DNA from: Candidatus Saccharimonadota bacterium | GTDB lineage: Bacteria; Patescibacteriota; Gracilibacteria; UBA4473 | Assembly: GCA_965228485.1 (NCBI GenBank) | Contig: OZ245819.1 | Coordinates: 210,001-242,000 of the forward strand | Direction: 5' to 3' | DNA length: 32,000 bases | Shown: piece by piece, positions 7,656 to 15,320 of the stretch | Layout of the letters: every line of letters starts with the position of its first letter | How positions within the stretch are numbered: the stretch's first letter is position 1 | Translations under genes and position numbers: made by a program | The notes under the pieces: model-generated | Told to the model about the DNA's origin: nothing | Seen by the model: only the letters and a program-made list of their open reading frames with translations | The model's database searches: none

Positions 7656-8336
7656 TTAGCCAAATACAGCCCAACTTTTTCTGATCCACTGCCAAAGTTT
7701 AAAAGCGGTCATTACTGATGAATCTACTCGTTCCCCTTCCCGTTTTAGAGTCGTGACATTTCCAACACCAACCTCAGTGATGGTGTTTGTGTCTGCCATG
7801 ATTCGTGCTTGCTCTTCCCGTTCATGGGCACGATTGTCCGCTCGAGTTTCTTCGGTGTATCCTGCAATTTTTCTCTCTTTGTTAGCGGTTTGAGAATGAG
7901 TTAGATGTTGTTGTTGAAGTGCTTGAGTTCGTTCATTTTTTTGGCGAGTATCCTCTAGGACTTCTTGGATATCTTGCCTATTGGTTGGATACTGAGAGCA
8001 GTCTTTATTAATATTTGCCTCAACATCAGCACGACACTGACTACAATTTTTTAGATTTTTTGTGGTTTCCTCCGTTACGGTTTTATGATTGGCCTTGTTG
8101 TCATCGTCAATATCTTTAGCTCCTTTTACTTCACCTTCACCTTCTTTGTGACATTTATTCGCTTTTTCTAATTTCTTTTTAACGGCTTCATAAAGCGCCT
8201 TTTTTGTAGGGTCTGTACATTCTTGCTCAGTAAAAGGTTTAAAGGTAATTGGGCATTTTGCTTCGGAGGCAAAAGTTGTCTGAGAAGATGCAATAATCAC
8301 ACTTGTAACGATAAAACTGCTTACACGCCAATTCAT
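7656..8336 (-). CDS. Orphan secreted protein with six Cys, a charged body and a Trp-rich amphipathic C-terminal tail
   Basis: MNWRVSSFIVTSVIIASSQTTFA|SEAKC is a signal peptide. The C-terminus is FKLWQWIRKSWAVFG. It lies 76 nt downstream of the secA stop on the same strand, and its end is 3 nt from the stop of CDS 5703-7652. Confidence 0.75.
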   Translation of the reverse strand: MNWRVSSFIVTSVIIASSQTTFASEAKCPITFKPFTEQECTDPTKKALYEAVKKKLEKANKCHKEGEGEVKGAKDIDDDNKANHKTVTEETTKNLKNCSQCRADVEANINKDCSQYPTNRQDIQEVLEDTRQKNERTQALQQQHLTHSQTANKERKIAGYTEETRADNRAHEREEQARIMADTNTITEVGVGNVTTLKREGERVDSSVMTAFKLWQWIRKSWAVFG

Positions 8337-8412
8337 ATCACCATTCTAGTGATATTTTTTAGGTATTTAAAGCTTGCTCCGCTTGAAGTGATGAGAAAAA
8401 TAGGGAATTGTA

Positions 8413-10977
8413 CTATTTATTCTTTTTTTTCTGGTCTCTTTCCATGGCTCGACGTTGTTGTCGTGAGAGCCCTTGTTTCTCTCCAACGCCAAATTCGGCT
8501 GTGTTTTCTAAAGTGTCAGTAATTTGGTCAGCATTGGTCTGAGCTTCGCTGTAATCTGCTGCTTCAAATTTCGGTTTTTCTTTAAACTGTACTCGGAATA
8601 GATTTGAAATAGCGGTTAAACGTACGCTTTGTAGAAGTTTTGAAAACATTCTGAAAGCTTCTGCTTTATATTCCATAATAGGGTCTTTCTGCGCGTATCC
8701 AGAAAGCGCTACTCGGTCTCTTAGATGCGTCATTTGATCAATATGTTCCAGCCAAAGTTCATCGATTGAACGAAGAATGATTTGTTTAGAAACTTCATCA
8801 ACCAATTCTTCTGGGAATTCGTCTTTTTTGGTATCCCAACTAGAGAGCAGGTAGTTTTGTAGTGATTCAATCATCTCATCTCGGTGGTGAAAAGCTTCTA
8901 GCTCTTCTAGACTTAATGGTTCAGATTTATTTTGATGCACGGCGGTAATAATTTCAAAAATCTCTTTTGCGTCCCAGCTTCTGTCTGCTTCTGGAGTAGG
9001 AGCATACATTTCAACGATTTGAGAGACTAAATCTTTAATCATCTCATCTACGTCATCTAATATAGCCTCTGAACTTAGTAGTTTTTTTCTTCGAGCGTAA
9101 ATTTTTTCTCGATGGATGTTCATGACATCATCGTATTGAACTACGTGTTTACGGGCGTCAAAATGGAATCCTTCAATTTTCTTTTGAGCATTTTCTACCG
9201 ATTTCGAAATCATACTATTTTCGATGGCTTCATCAGCAGGAAGTCCCATTCGTTCCATCAAAGATTCTAGTTTTTCTCCACCAAAACGTCTCATGAGTTG
9301 ATCCGTCATAGCCACGTAGAATTGAGAAAACCCTGGGTCTCCTTGTCTTCCAGCACGCCCTCGAAGCTGATTATCAATTCGTCGAGATTCATGTCTTTCT
9401 GTTCCGACAATAGCTAGTCCACCAAGCTCCTTTACTCCTTCTCCAAGTTTGATATCGGTTCCTCGCCCCGCCATATTTGTGGCAATGGTTACCGCTCCTT
9501 TTTGTCCAGCATTAGCAACGATTTCTGCTTCTCGTTCGTGATGTTTGGCATTAAGTACCTCATGGGTAATCCCTGCTTGAGAAAGGGCTTGAGAGAGGAT
9601 TTCAGATTGGTCAATATTTACCGTTCCGATAAGCACCGGTTGTCCGTGGGTGTTAAGCGCTTTTACGTGGTCAATCAAAGCTTTTGTTTTTCCATTTTGA
9701 TTTTTAAAGATTTTATCTGGAAGGTCTTGTCTCTGAATAGATTTATTTGTTGGAATAACGATTGTGTCTAGTCGATAGATTTTTGCGAATTCTTCAGCTT
9801 CAGTTTCAGCGGTTCCTGTCATTCCTGCTAGCTTGTTGTAAATTCTGAAGTAGTTTTGGAAAGTAATGGTTGCAAGTGTTTTGGATTCTCTTTGTATTTC
9901 AACCGCTTCCTTAGCTTCTAGGGCTTGATGTAATCCATCAGAATATCGACGACCACTCATCATTCGCCCAGTAAATTCATCGATAATAACCACTTTTCCA
10001 TCTCGAATTACGTAGTCTTGATCCTTTATCATTACCACATTAGCTTTTAGAGCATTTTCGATGTGATGTACTTCTTCAAAACCAGCTTCTGTATAGAAAT
10101 TAGAAATACTTAAAAGTTCCTCAAGACGTTTCACACCATCCTCTGTAAGGTGAACCGTTTTTTGTTTGTAATCAATGTTGTAGTCTTGGTTTTCTACAAG
10201 CTTAGGAATAATTTGAGAGTATACTTGGTATTTATCAGTAGATTCTTCGGCTGGTGCTGAGATAATTAAAGGGGTTCGGGCTTCATCAATTAAAATAGAA
10301 TCTACTTCATCTACAATGGCATAATTTAGTTCTTTCTGGACAATGTCTTCTGGACGTTGAGCCATATTATCTCGAAGATAATCAAATCCAAATTCATTAT
10401 TGGTCCCATAAGTAATGTCAGAGTTGTAAGCCCCTCGTCTTTCTTCCGTAGTTTTTTCGTTAACAATAACTCCAACAGTTAATCCACAAAATTCATAGAG
10501 TGGCTTCATCCATTCGGCATCCCGTGAAGCTAGATAATCATTAACAGTAATCACGTGGACTCCTTTTCCTGTAAGTGCATTAAGGATTACTGGGAGAGTA
10601 CAAACAAGAGTTTTCCCTTCTCCTGTTTTCATTTCAGAAATTTTTCCTTCATGGAGAACCATCCCTCCAATAAGCTGAACATCAAAATGAACCATATTCC
10701 ATTCAGTCATTTTCCCACTCACTTCAAAGCTTTGTCCACAAAGCCTTTTTCCTGCACTTTTAATCCCTGCAAAAACCTCAGGTAGTAATTCGTCTATTTT
10801 GTCAGGAGATTCTGAAAGTTCAATTTTCCATTCGGCAAATTTGGCTTTCATTTCATCATCGCTAAGTTTTGAAAAATCTTCATAAAGAGCATTTATTTGA
10901 GCAACCTTCGGTTGAAGATTTTTAATCTGTTTTTCATTGTAGTTTCCAAAGAGTTTATCGATAAAAGATTGGATCAT
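8413..10977 (-). CDS. secA: Preprotein translocase ATPase SecA
   Basis: This is a full-length 854-aa ORF. It has the DEAD-motor Walker A region MKTGEGKTLV, the DEVDSILIDEARTPLIIS box and the TNMAGRGTDIKLG motif. The basic C-terminal tail lacks the Cys-rich zinc motif. Confidence 0.97.
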   Translation of the reverse strand: MIQSFIDKLFGNYNEKQIKNLQPKVAQINALYEDFSKLSDDEMKAKFAEWKIELSESPDKIDELLPEVFAGIKSAGKRLCGQSFEVSGKMTEWNMVHFDVQLIGGMVLHEGKISEMKTGEGKTLVCTLPVILNALTGKGVHVITVNDYLASRDAEWMKPLYEFCGLTVGVIVNEKTTEERRGAYNSDITYGTNNEFGFDYLRDNMAQRPEDIVQKELNYAIVDEVDSILIDEARTPLIISAPAEESTDKYQVYSQIIPKLVENQDYNIDYKQKTVHLTEDGVKRLEELLSISNFYTEAGFEEVHHIENALKANVVMIKDQDYVIRDGKVVIIDEFTGRMMSGRRYSDGLHQALEAKEAVEIQRESKTLATITFQNYFRIYNKLAGMTGTAETEAEEFAKIYRLDTIVIPTNKSIQRQDLPDKIFKNQNGKTKALIDHVKALNTHGQPVLIGTVNIDQSEILSQALSQAGITHEVLNAKHHEREAEIVANAGQKGAVTIATNMAGRGTDIKLGEGVKELGGLAIVGTERHESRRIDNQLRGRAGRQGDPGFSQFYVAMTDQLMRRFGGEKLESLMERMGLPADEAIENSMISKSVENAQKKIEGFHFDARKHVVQYDDVMNIHREKIYARRKKLLSSEAILDDVDEMIKDLVSQIVEMYAPTPEADRSWDAKEIFEIITAVHQNKSEPLSLEELEAFHHRDEMIESLQNYLLSSWDTKKDEFPEELVDEVSKQIILRSIDELWLEHIDQMTHLRDRVALSGYAQKDPIMEYKAEAFRMFSKLLQSVRLTAISNLFRVQFKEKPKFEAADYSEAQTNADQITDTLENTAEFGVGEKQGLSRQQRRAMERDQKKKNK

Positions 10978-11059
10978 TTTTAGGTGGTAAATTCTGGCGA
11001 ACTATACTCAAAACTTTGTTTTTCAAAATGGTTTTATTAGTATTGAGTAGAATAAAATA

Positions 11060-11089
11060 TTGACTTTAAAAATTTATATTTTATATATA
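11060..11089 (+). promoter_or_regulatory. Candidate sigma-70-type promoter (TTGACT, 16-18 nt spacer, TATATA)
   Basis: TTGACT lies at 11060-11065, and an alternating TATATATAT run around 11082-11089 offers a -10 hexamer. The site is 20-30 nt upstream of the ATG at 11110, in the secA/acyltransferase divergent spacer. Confidence 0.35.
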
Positions 11090-11109
11090 TAAAAATTAAA
11101 AGTTAACAC

Positions 11110-11922
11110 ATGGCACAAGAAACATTGAAAGGGAGTGTCTTAGGAGGGGATAGAGAGGTTCCTGAAACCACTCATTTTTCCGATATAGAACAGGCAGAAA
11201 TAGCTCGAGTTAATGGCATTACTAAACCTGCTTTCATTAAAGCACTAGCTTGTCTTTCAATAAAACAAAGACAAAAAATTGCACTAACTCTTAGAACCGC
11301 ATTTGATACTGTTTTAGAGGGGGTAAGTGTTCAGGTAAATGGTGTATTGCCTCAAGAAAATGCCATTATGGTTATGAACCATCCTACACACTCTAATCAC
11401 CATAGAATTCTTCCTAGTTGGTCACCAGTTAATTATGCACCACCTCATTATATTATGCTTTTAGACGCTTTAATGAGAACGGAAGCTGGTGATTCAGATT
11501 TTGCCTTAGTCACACGAGCTACAAAACCTGTAAATGGTATGATTGAGGCATTAGACTATATTACTGTCGATTCAGATACTCCAGATGTTGATAGAATTAA
11601 TACTGATGTTGTAAAAGCTATTGATACTGGAAAAGTGGTGGCGGTTTGTCCAGAAGGGCGTTTCTATGGAAAAAGAGAGAGTAATCAAAGAAAACTTATG
11701 GGACCTTTAAAAGGTGGTTTTTATCATTTTGCTAGAGAAGCAGATGTCCCAGTAGTTCCGGTTGAATTGGAGGGGTTTAACAGAGCTGGAAGTACTCAGT
11801 TTACTATTAATGTAGGAGATCAGTTGAGGGTTGAAGATTTTACATCTTCGGGAGAAATGGCTCAATATGTAAAAGAAAAGATTTTTTGTGAACGATTTGG
11901 TTTTTCTTCAGTAGATACATGA
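11110..11922 (+). CDS. PlsC-family (lysophospholipid/glycerol-phosphate) acyltransferase-like protein with an atypical catalytic motif
   Basis: MVMNHPTHSN occupies the NHxxxxD block, and AVCPEGRFYG occupies the FPEGTR block. GGFYHFAREADVPVVPVELEG matches the Ga..lA...gvPivPv block. Asp of the HX4D motif is replaced by Asn. Confidence 0.65.
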   Translation: MAQETLKGSVLGGDREVPETTHFSDIEQAEIARVNGITKPAFIKALACLSIKQRQKIALTLRTAFDTVLEGVSVQVNGVLPQENAIMVMNHPTHSNHHRILPSWSPVNYAPPHYIMLLDALMRTEAGDSDFALVTRATKPVNGMIEALDYITVDSDTPDVDRINTDVVKAIDTGKVVAVCPEGRFYGKRESNQRKLMGPLKGGFYHFAREADVPVVPVELEGFNRAGSTQFTINVGDQLRVEDFTSSGEMAQYVKEKIFCERFGFSSVDT

Positions 11923-11993
11923 TTGGAAGAGTAAGTTCTGTGCTTGAAAAAAATACTTTTATTTTTAAAGTCTTTTTACTTTTCTGATTAACA

Positions 11994-13034
11994 ATGAATA
12001 GATACCTTCATAATCGACTAAATAAAGAACAGGCAGAGACCGTTTTAGCGGCTGAAAATTTCAAACGGAAAACACTCTCTTTTTATCGATATGTGAATAT
12101 TGAAGATCCTAGGGCTATGAGAGATCAACTATTTAGAGTGTGGTATGCTCTTGGATGTTTAGGACGGATTTACATAGCTAAAGAGGGGATTAATGCTCAG
12201 ATGAATGTACCAGCTCATAATTGGGATAAGTTTGTTGACTTGCTCTACAGTTTTGAAGCTTTTAAAAATGTTCCTTTTAAGCATGCTGTAGAATCACCTC
12301 AAGATTCATTTTGGAAATTAGCGGTTACAGTTAAGGATAAAATTGTTGCGGATGGTATTGAGGATACAAACTTTGACGCGAGTGATGTTGGAACTCACTT
12401 AGATGCCAAAAAATTTAATGAAATGCTCGATAATCCAGATTCAGTTTGTGTGGATATGCGAAATTTTTATGAATCAGAAGTTGGTCACTTTAAAGGGGCG
12501 ATTCTTCCTGAAGCTTCAACCTTTAGAGAAGAATTACCAATGACGAAAGATTTATTAAAAGGGAAGGAAGATAAAGATGTATTGCTTTATTGCACGGGTG
12601 GTATTCGATGTGAAAAAGCTAGTGCCTACCTTCGCAAACATGGATTTAATAAAGTATATCAACTGCATGGTGGGATTATTCAATACAAACATGAAATTGA
12701 ATCAAAAAACTTAGAAAATAAATTTATTGGGAAGAATTTTGTTTTCGATGAACGGCTAGGAGAACGAATTAGTGATGATGTTATTTCCACTTGTCATACT
12801 TGTGGAAAGAGCTGTGATGTTCATACAAACTGTTTAAACAAGGCTTGTAATTTGTTGTTTATCCAGTGCGAGAATTGTAAAAAATCTCTAGAGAATTGTT
12901 GTTCTAATTCTTGTATGGAAATTGCCGCTTTGCCGGAAGAAGAACAGAGAAAAGCTTGGAAAAAATTTCAAAAAAAAGATGATTTTTCGTTGAGTAGAAA
13001 TCCTCATCGATCAAACATCTATAGAAAGGCTTAA
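11994..13034 (+). CDS. trhO: Rhodanese-domain tRNA uridine(34) hydroxylase (UPF0176/YceA family)
   Basis: The N-terminal block is LSFYRYVNIEDPRAMRDQL...GRIYIAKEGINAQMNVP. The rhodanese active-site loop is YCTGGIRCEKASAYLRKHGFNKVYQLHGGI. A Cys-rich C-terminal tail is typical of the family. Confidence 0.85.
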   Translation: MNRYLHNRLNKEQAETVLAAENFKRKTLSFYRYVNIEDPRAMRDQLFRVWYALGCLGRIYIAKEGINAQMNVPAHNWDKFVDLLYSFEAFKNVPFKHAVESPQDSFWKLAVTVKDKIVADGIEDTNFDASDVGTHLDAKKFNEMLDNPDSVCVDMRNFYESEVGHFKGAILPEASTFREELPMTKDLLKGKEDKDVLLYCTGGIRCEKASAYLRKHGFNKVYQLHGGIIQYKHEIESKNLENKFIGKNFVFDERLGERISDDVISTCHTCGKSCDVHTNCLNKACNLLFIQCENCKKSLENCCSNSCMEIAALPEEEQRKAWKKFQKKDDFSLSRNPHRSNIYRKA

Positions 13035-13096
13035 AGTATTTGAATTTTCGACGAAACTGTGATACAATTGGGAGATTTTAAGCTTAATAATCTCTC

Positions 13097-14164
13097 ATGG
13101 ATTTTAATCAGGTTGTCGACTTTGCCACACAAAATGGAGTGTCAGATATTCATCTAATTGCTGGTTCGCCTATTTTTATGCGTCGAGATGGACAGATGCA
13201 AGCGATGGGAAATCCCGTTGAAGAATCTTTTATCAGTAACATTGTTGAGTCAGTAGTAACGCCAATTCAAAAGAAGCATCTTGAGGATAAACGTCAGGTT
13301 GATTTTCTTTATCAGACACCGAAAGGCATACGTTTGAGAGGGAATGCTTTTTTTACTCATAATGGACTTTCTGTTTGTTTTCGAGTGATTTTGAGTGAGC
13401 CACCAGATTTTAATGTTCTTGGTTTTCCTGATTTTGTGGGAGAAGAACTTATGAGAGCAAAACAAGGTCTTGTGCTTGTTGTTGGTCCCACTGGTCAGGG
13501 TAAATCAACGACTATTGCTTCTCTTATTAAAGCTCGAACAACGGCTTATACTGAGCATGTTTTGATGATCGAAGACCCAGTAGAATATGTAGTTCCAAAT
13601 TCCAAGAGTGTTATTCAACAGCGTGAGATTGGGCGAGATGTTCTAAGTTTTGAAGCGGGTATTATGGGAGCCCTAAGAGAAGACCCTGATCTACTTATGA
13701 TTGGAGAAATCCGTGATAAAGAAACTATGGCAGCAACATTAACATTGGCCGAAACAGGCCATCTTGTATTAGGAACACTTCATACTAATAGTGCTGTACA
13801 GACTATTACACGAATTCTTGATAGTTTTACGGCCGAGCAACGTCCACAAGTGAGAAGTCAATTAGCGAGTCATTTATCTATGGTTATTTCTCAACGACTG
13901 GTTCCAAGAGCTGATGGAAATGGACGAGCTTTGGCTTTTGAGATTTTGACCATGAATTATGCAGTCGCAAATTATATTCGTCAGGATAAAATCTTCCAAA
14001 TTCCAAATGTTATGCAAACTGATAACTCAGGAAGAATGATTCAGTTTGAACAATCTCTAGTTGGTCTCGTAATGGCTAAAAAGATTAGTAAGGAAGTAGC
14101 CATTGAATATGCCAATGATAAAAACCAGCTAAAAGCTCTATTTGAACTTAATAATATTGCCTAA
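13097..14164 (+). CDS. pilT: Type IV pilus retraction ATPase, PilT family (copy 1)
   Basis: It has Walker A GPTGQGKSTT, the Asp box/Walker B DPDLLMIGEIRD, the His box GHLVLGTLHTNSA and a PilT-type C-terminal motif AVANYIRQDKIFQI (compare AIRNLIRE). Confidence 0.9.
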   Translation: MDFNQVVDFATQNGVSDIHLIAGSPIFMRRDGQMQAMGNPVEESFISNIVESVVTPIQKKHLEDKRQVDFLYQTPKGIRLRGNAFFTHNGLSVCFRVILSEPPDFNVLGFPDFVGEELMRAKQGLVLVVGPTGQGKSTTIASLIKARTTAYTEHVLMIEDPVEYVVPNSKSVIQQREIGRDVLSFEAGIMGALREDPDLLMIGEIRDKETMAATLTLAETGHLVLGTLHTNSAVQTITRILDSFTAEQRPQVRSQLASHLSMVISQRLVPRADGNGRALAFEILTMNYAVANYIRQDKIFQIPNVMQTDNSGRMIQFEQSLVGLVMAKKISKEVAIEYANDKNQLKALFELNNIA

Positions 14165-14166
14165 GT

Positions 14167-15249
14167 ATGAATTTTGATCTTGATCAGATTTTAGAATATG
14201 CCATTAGCAAGGGGGCCTCTGATATTCATATTAGTCCAGGTAAACCGCCATGTTTTCGTATTGCGGGAAAGATAGTCCCTGTTGGAGAACCGGTAAACTC
14301 TGGAAATATCCAGACACTAGTTGGACAGGTTTTAGATGGTTTTCAACAGGCCAAAATTGACGAGTTTAGAGATATAGATTTTGTTCACACGACAATTAAG
14401 AAGAACCGTTTTAGAGGGAATGCCTATCATACTAGAGATGGCATTTCTTTTGCGTTTAGACTAATCGCGCAAAATATACCAGCTTTTGACACACTCGGAT
14501 TACCGCAGTTTGTTCTCGATTATGTAATGAAGCTTAATAAAGGGTTGGTACTTGTTGTTGGACCAACTGGACATGGTAAATCAACGACGTTAGCGTCAAT
14601 GATTAAGCGAAGAGCTGACGCTAAGGCTGAACATTTTATCCTCTTAGAAGATCCAATTGAGTTTTTGATTGATTCAGATACGAGCATTGTTCATCAAAGA
14701 AGTCTTGCTCGGGATGTGCATACTTTTGAGAGAGGATTAAAAGCGGCACTGAGAGAAGATCCAGACGTTATGATGGTGGGGGAAATGCGTGATCTTGAAA
14801 CCATTACTGCCGCATTAACAGCTGCAGAAACTGGGCATGTAGTCTTTTCAACTTTACATACTAATAGTGCTGCAGAGACCATTCACAGAATTATTGATGT
14901 TTTCCCTTCTGAGAAACAATTACAAATTCGTTCTCAGCTGGCTTCAAGCTTGGCGTTAGTGATTTCACAACGTCTACTTGAGGGGGCTGATGGACGACGA
15001 GTCCTAGCTTATGAGGTTATGACGAGTAATTATGCTATTAAAAATCATATTCGTCAGAATTCTGTTTTCCAAATTCCAAATGCGATGCAAACCGATAATT
15101 CTGGGCGAATGGTGTTATTTGATCAGTCTTTAGCTTTCTTAGTTAAAAGTGGTAAAGTTGCTTATGAAGTGGCAAAAGATTCGGCTCATTTTCCAGACCA
15201 GTTAGATTATATTTTGGAGACTTCAGGTTTTGATTTTGAATCAAAATAA
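14167..15249 (+). CDS. pilT: Type IV pilus retraction ATPase, PilT family (copy 2, tandem paralog)
   Basis: It starts 2 nt after the stop of copy 1. It has GPTGHGKSTT, DPDVMMVGEMRD, GHVVFSTLHTNSA and AIKNHIRQNSVFQI. Confidence 0.9.
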   Translation: MNFDLDQILEYAISKGASDIHISPGKPPCFRIAGKIVPVGEPVNSGNIQTLVGQVLDGFQQAKIDEFRDIDFVHTTIKKNRFRGNAYHTRDGISFAFRLIAQNIPAFDTLGLPQFVLDYVMKLNKGLVLVVGPTGHGKSTTLASMIKRRADAKAEHFILLEDPIEFLIDSDTSIVHQRSLARDVHTFERGLKAALREDPDVMMVGEMRDLETITAALTAAETGHVVFSTLHTNSAAETIHRIIDVFPSEKQLQIRSQLASSLALVISQRLLEGADGRRVLAYEVMTSNYAIKNHIRQNSVFQIPNAMQTDNSGRMVLFDQSLAFLVKSGKVAYEVAKDSAHFPDQLDYILETSGFDFESK

Positions 15250-15320
15250 GTCTTAAAAAAAAGTGAAATTATTCAGATGATTGGGTAGTATGAATACACT
15301 CATATTTTTGTTATACTCTT

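Noticed and set aside
13072-13094. The imperfect palindrome GAGATT-ttaagcttaat-AATCTC immediately before the pilT start, as a trhO terminator.
   Set aside because: The 6-bp stem is short and AT-rich and has no U-tract. It contains a HindIII-type palindrome that may be coincidental. I could not support either a terminator or a regulatory role.
15309-15317. An extended -10-like element TGtTATACT just upstream of dnaE, as a promoter for a leaderless dnaE mRNA.
   Set aside because: The hexamer ends only 3 nt before the ATG at 15321. The expected transcription start, about 7 nt downstream, would fall after the start codon. The geometry does not work for this start.
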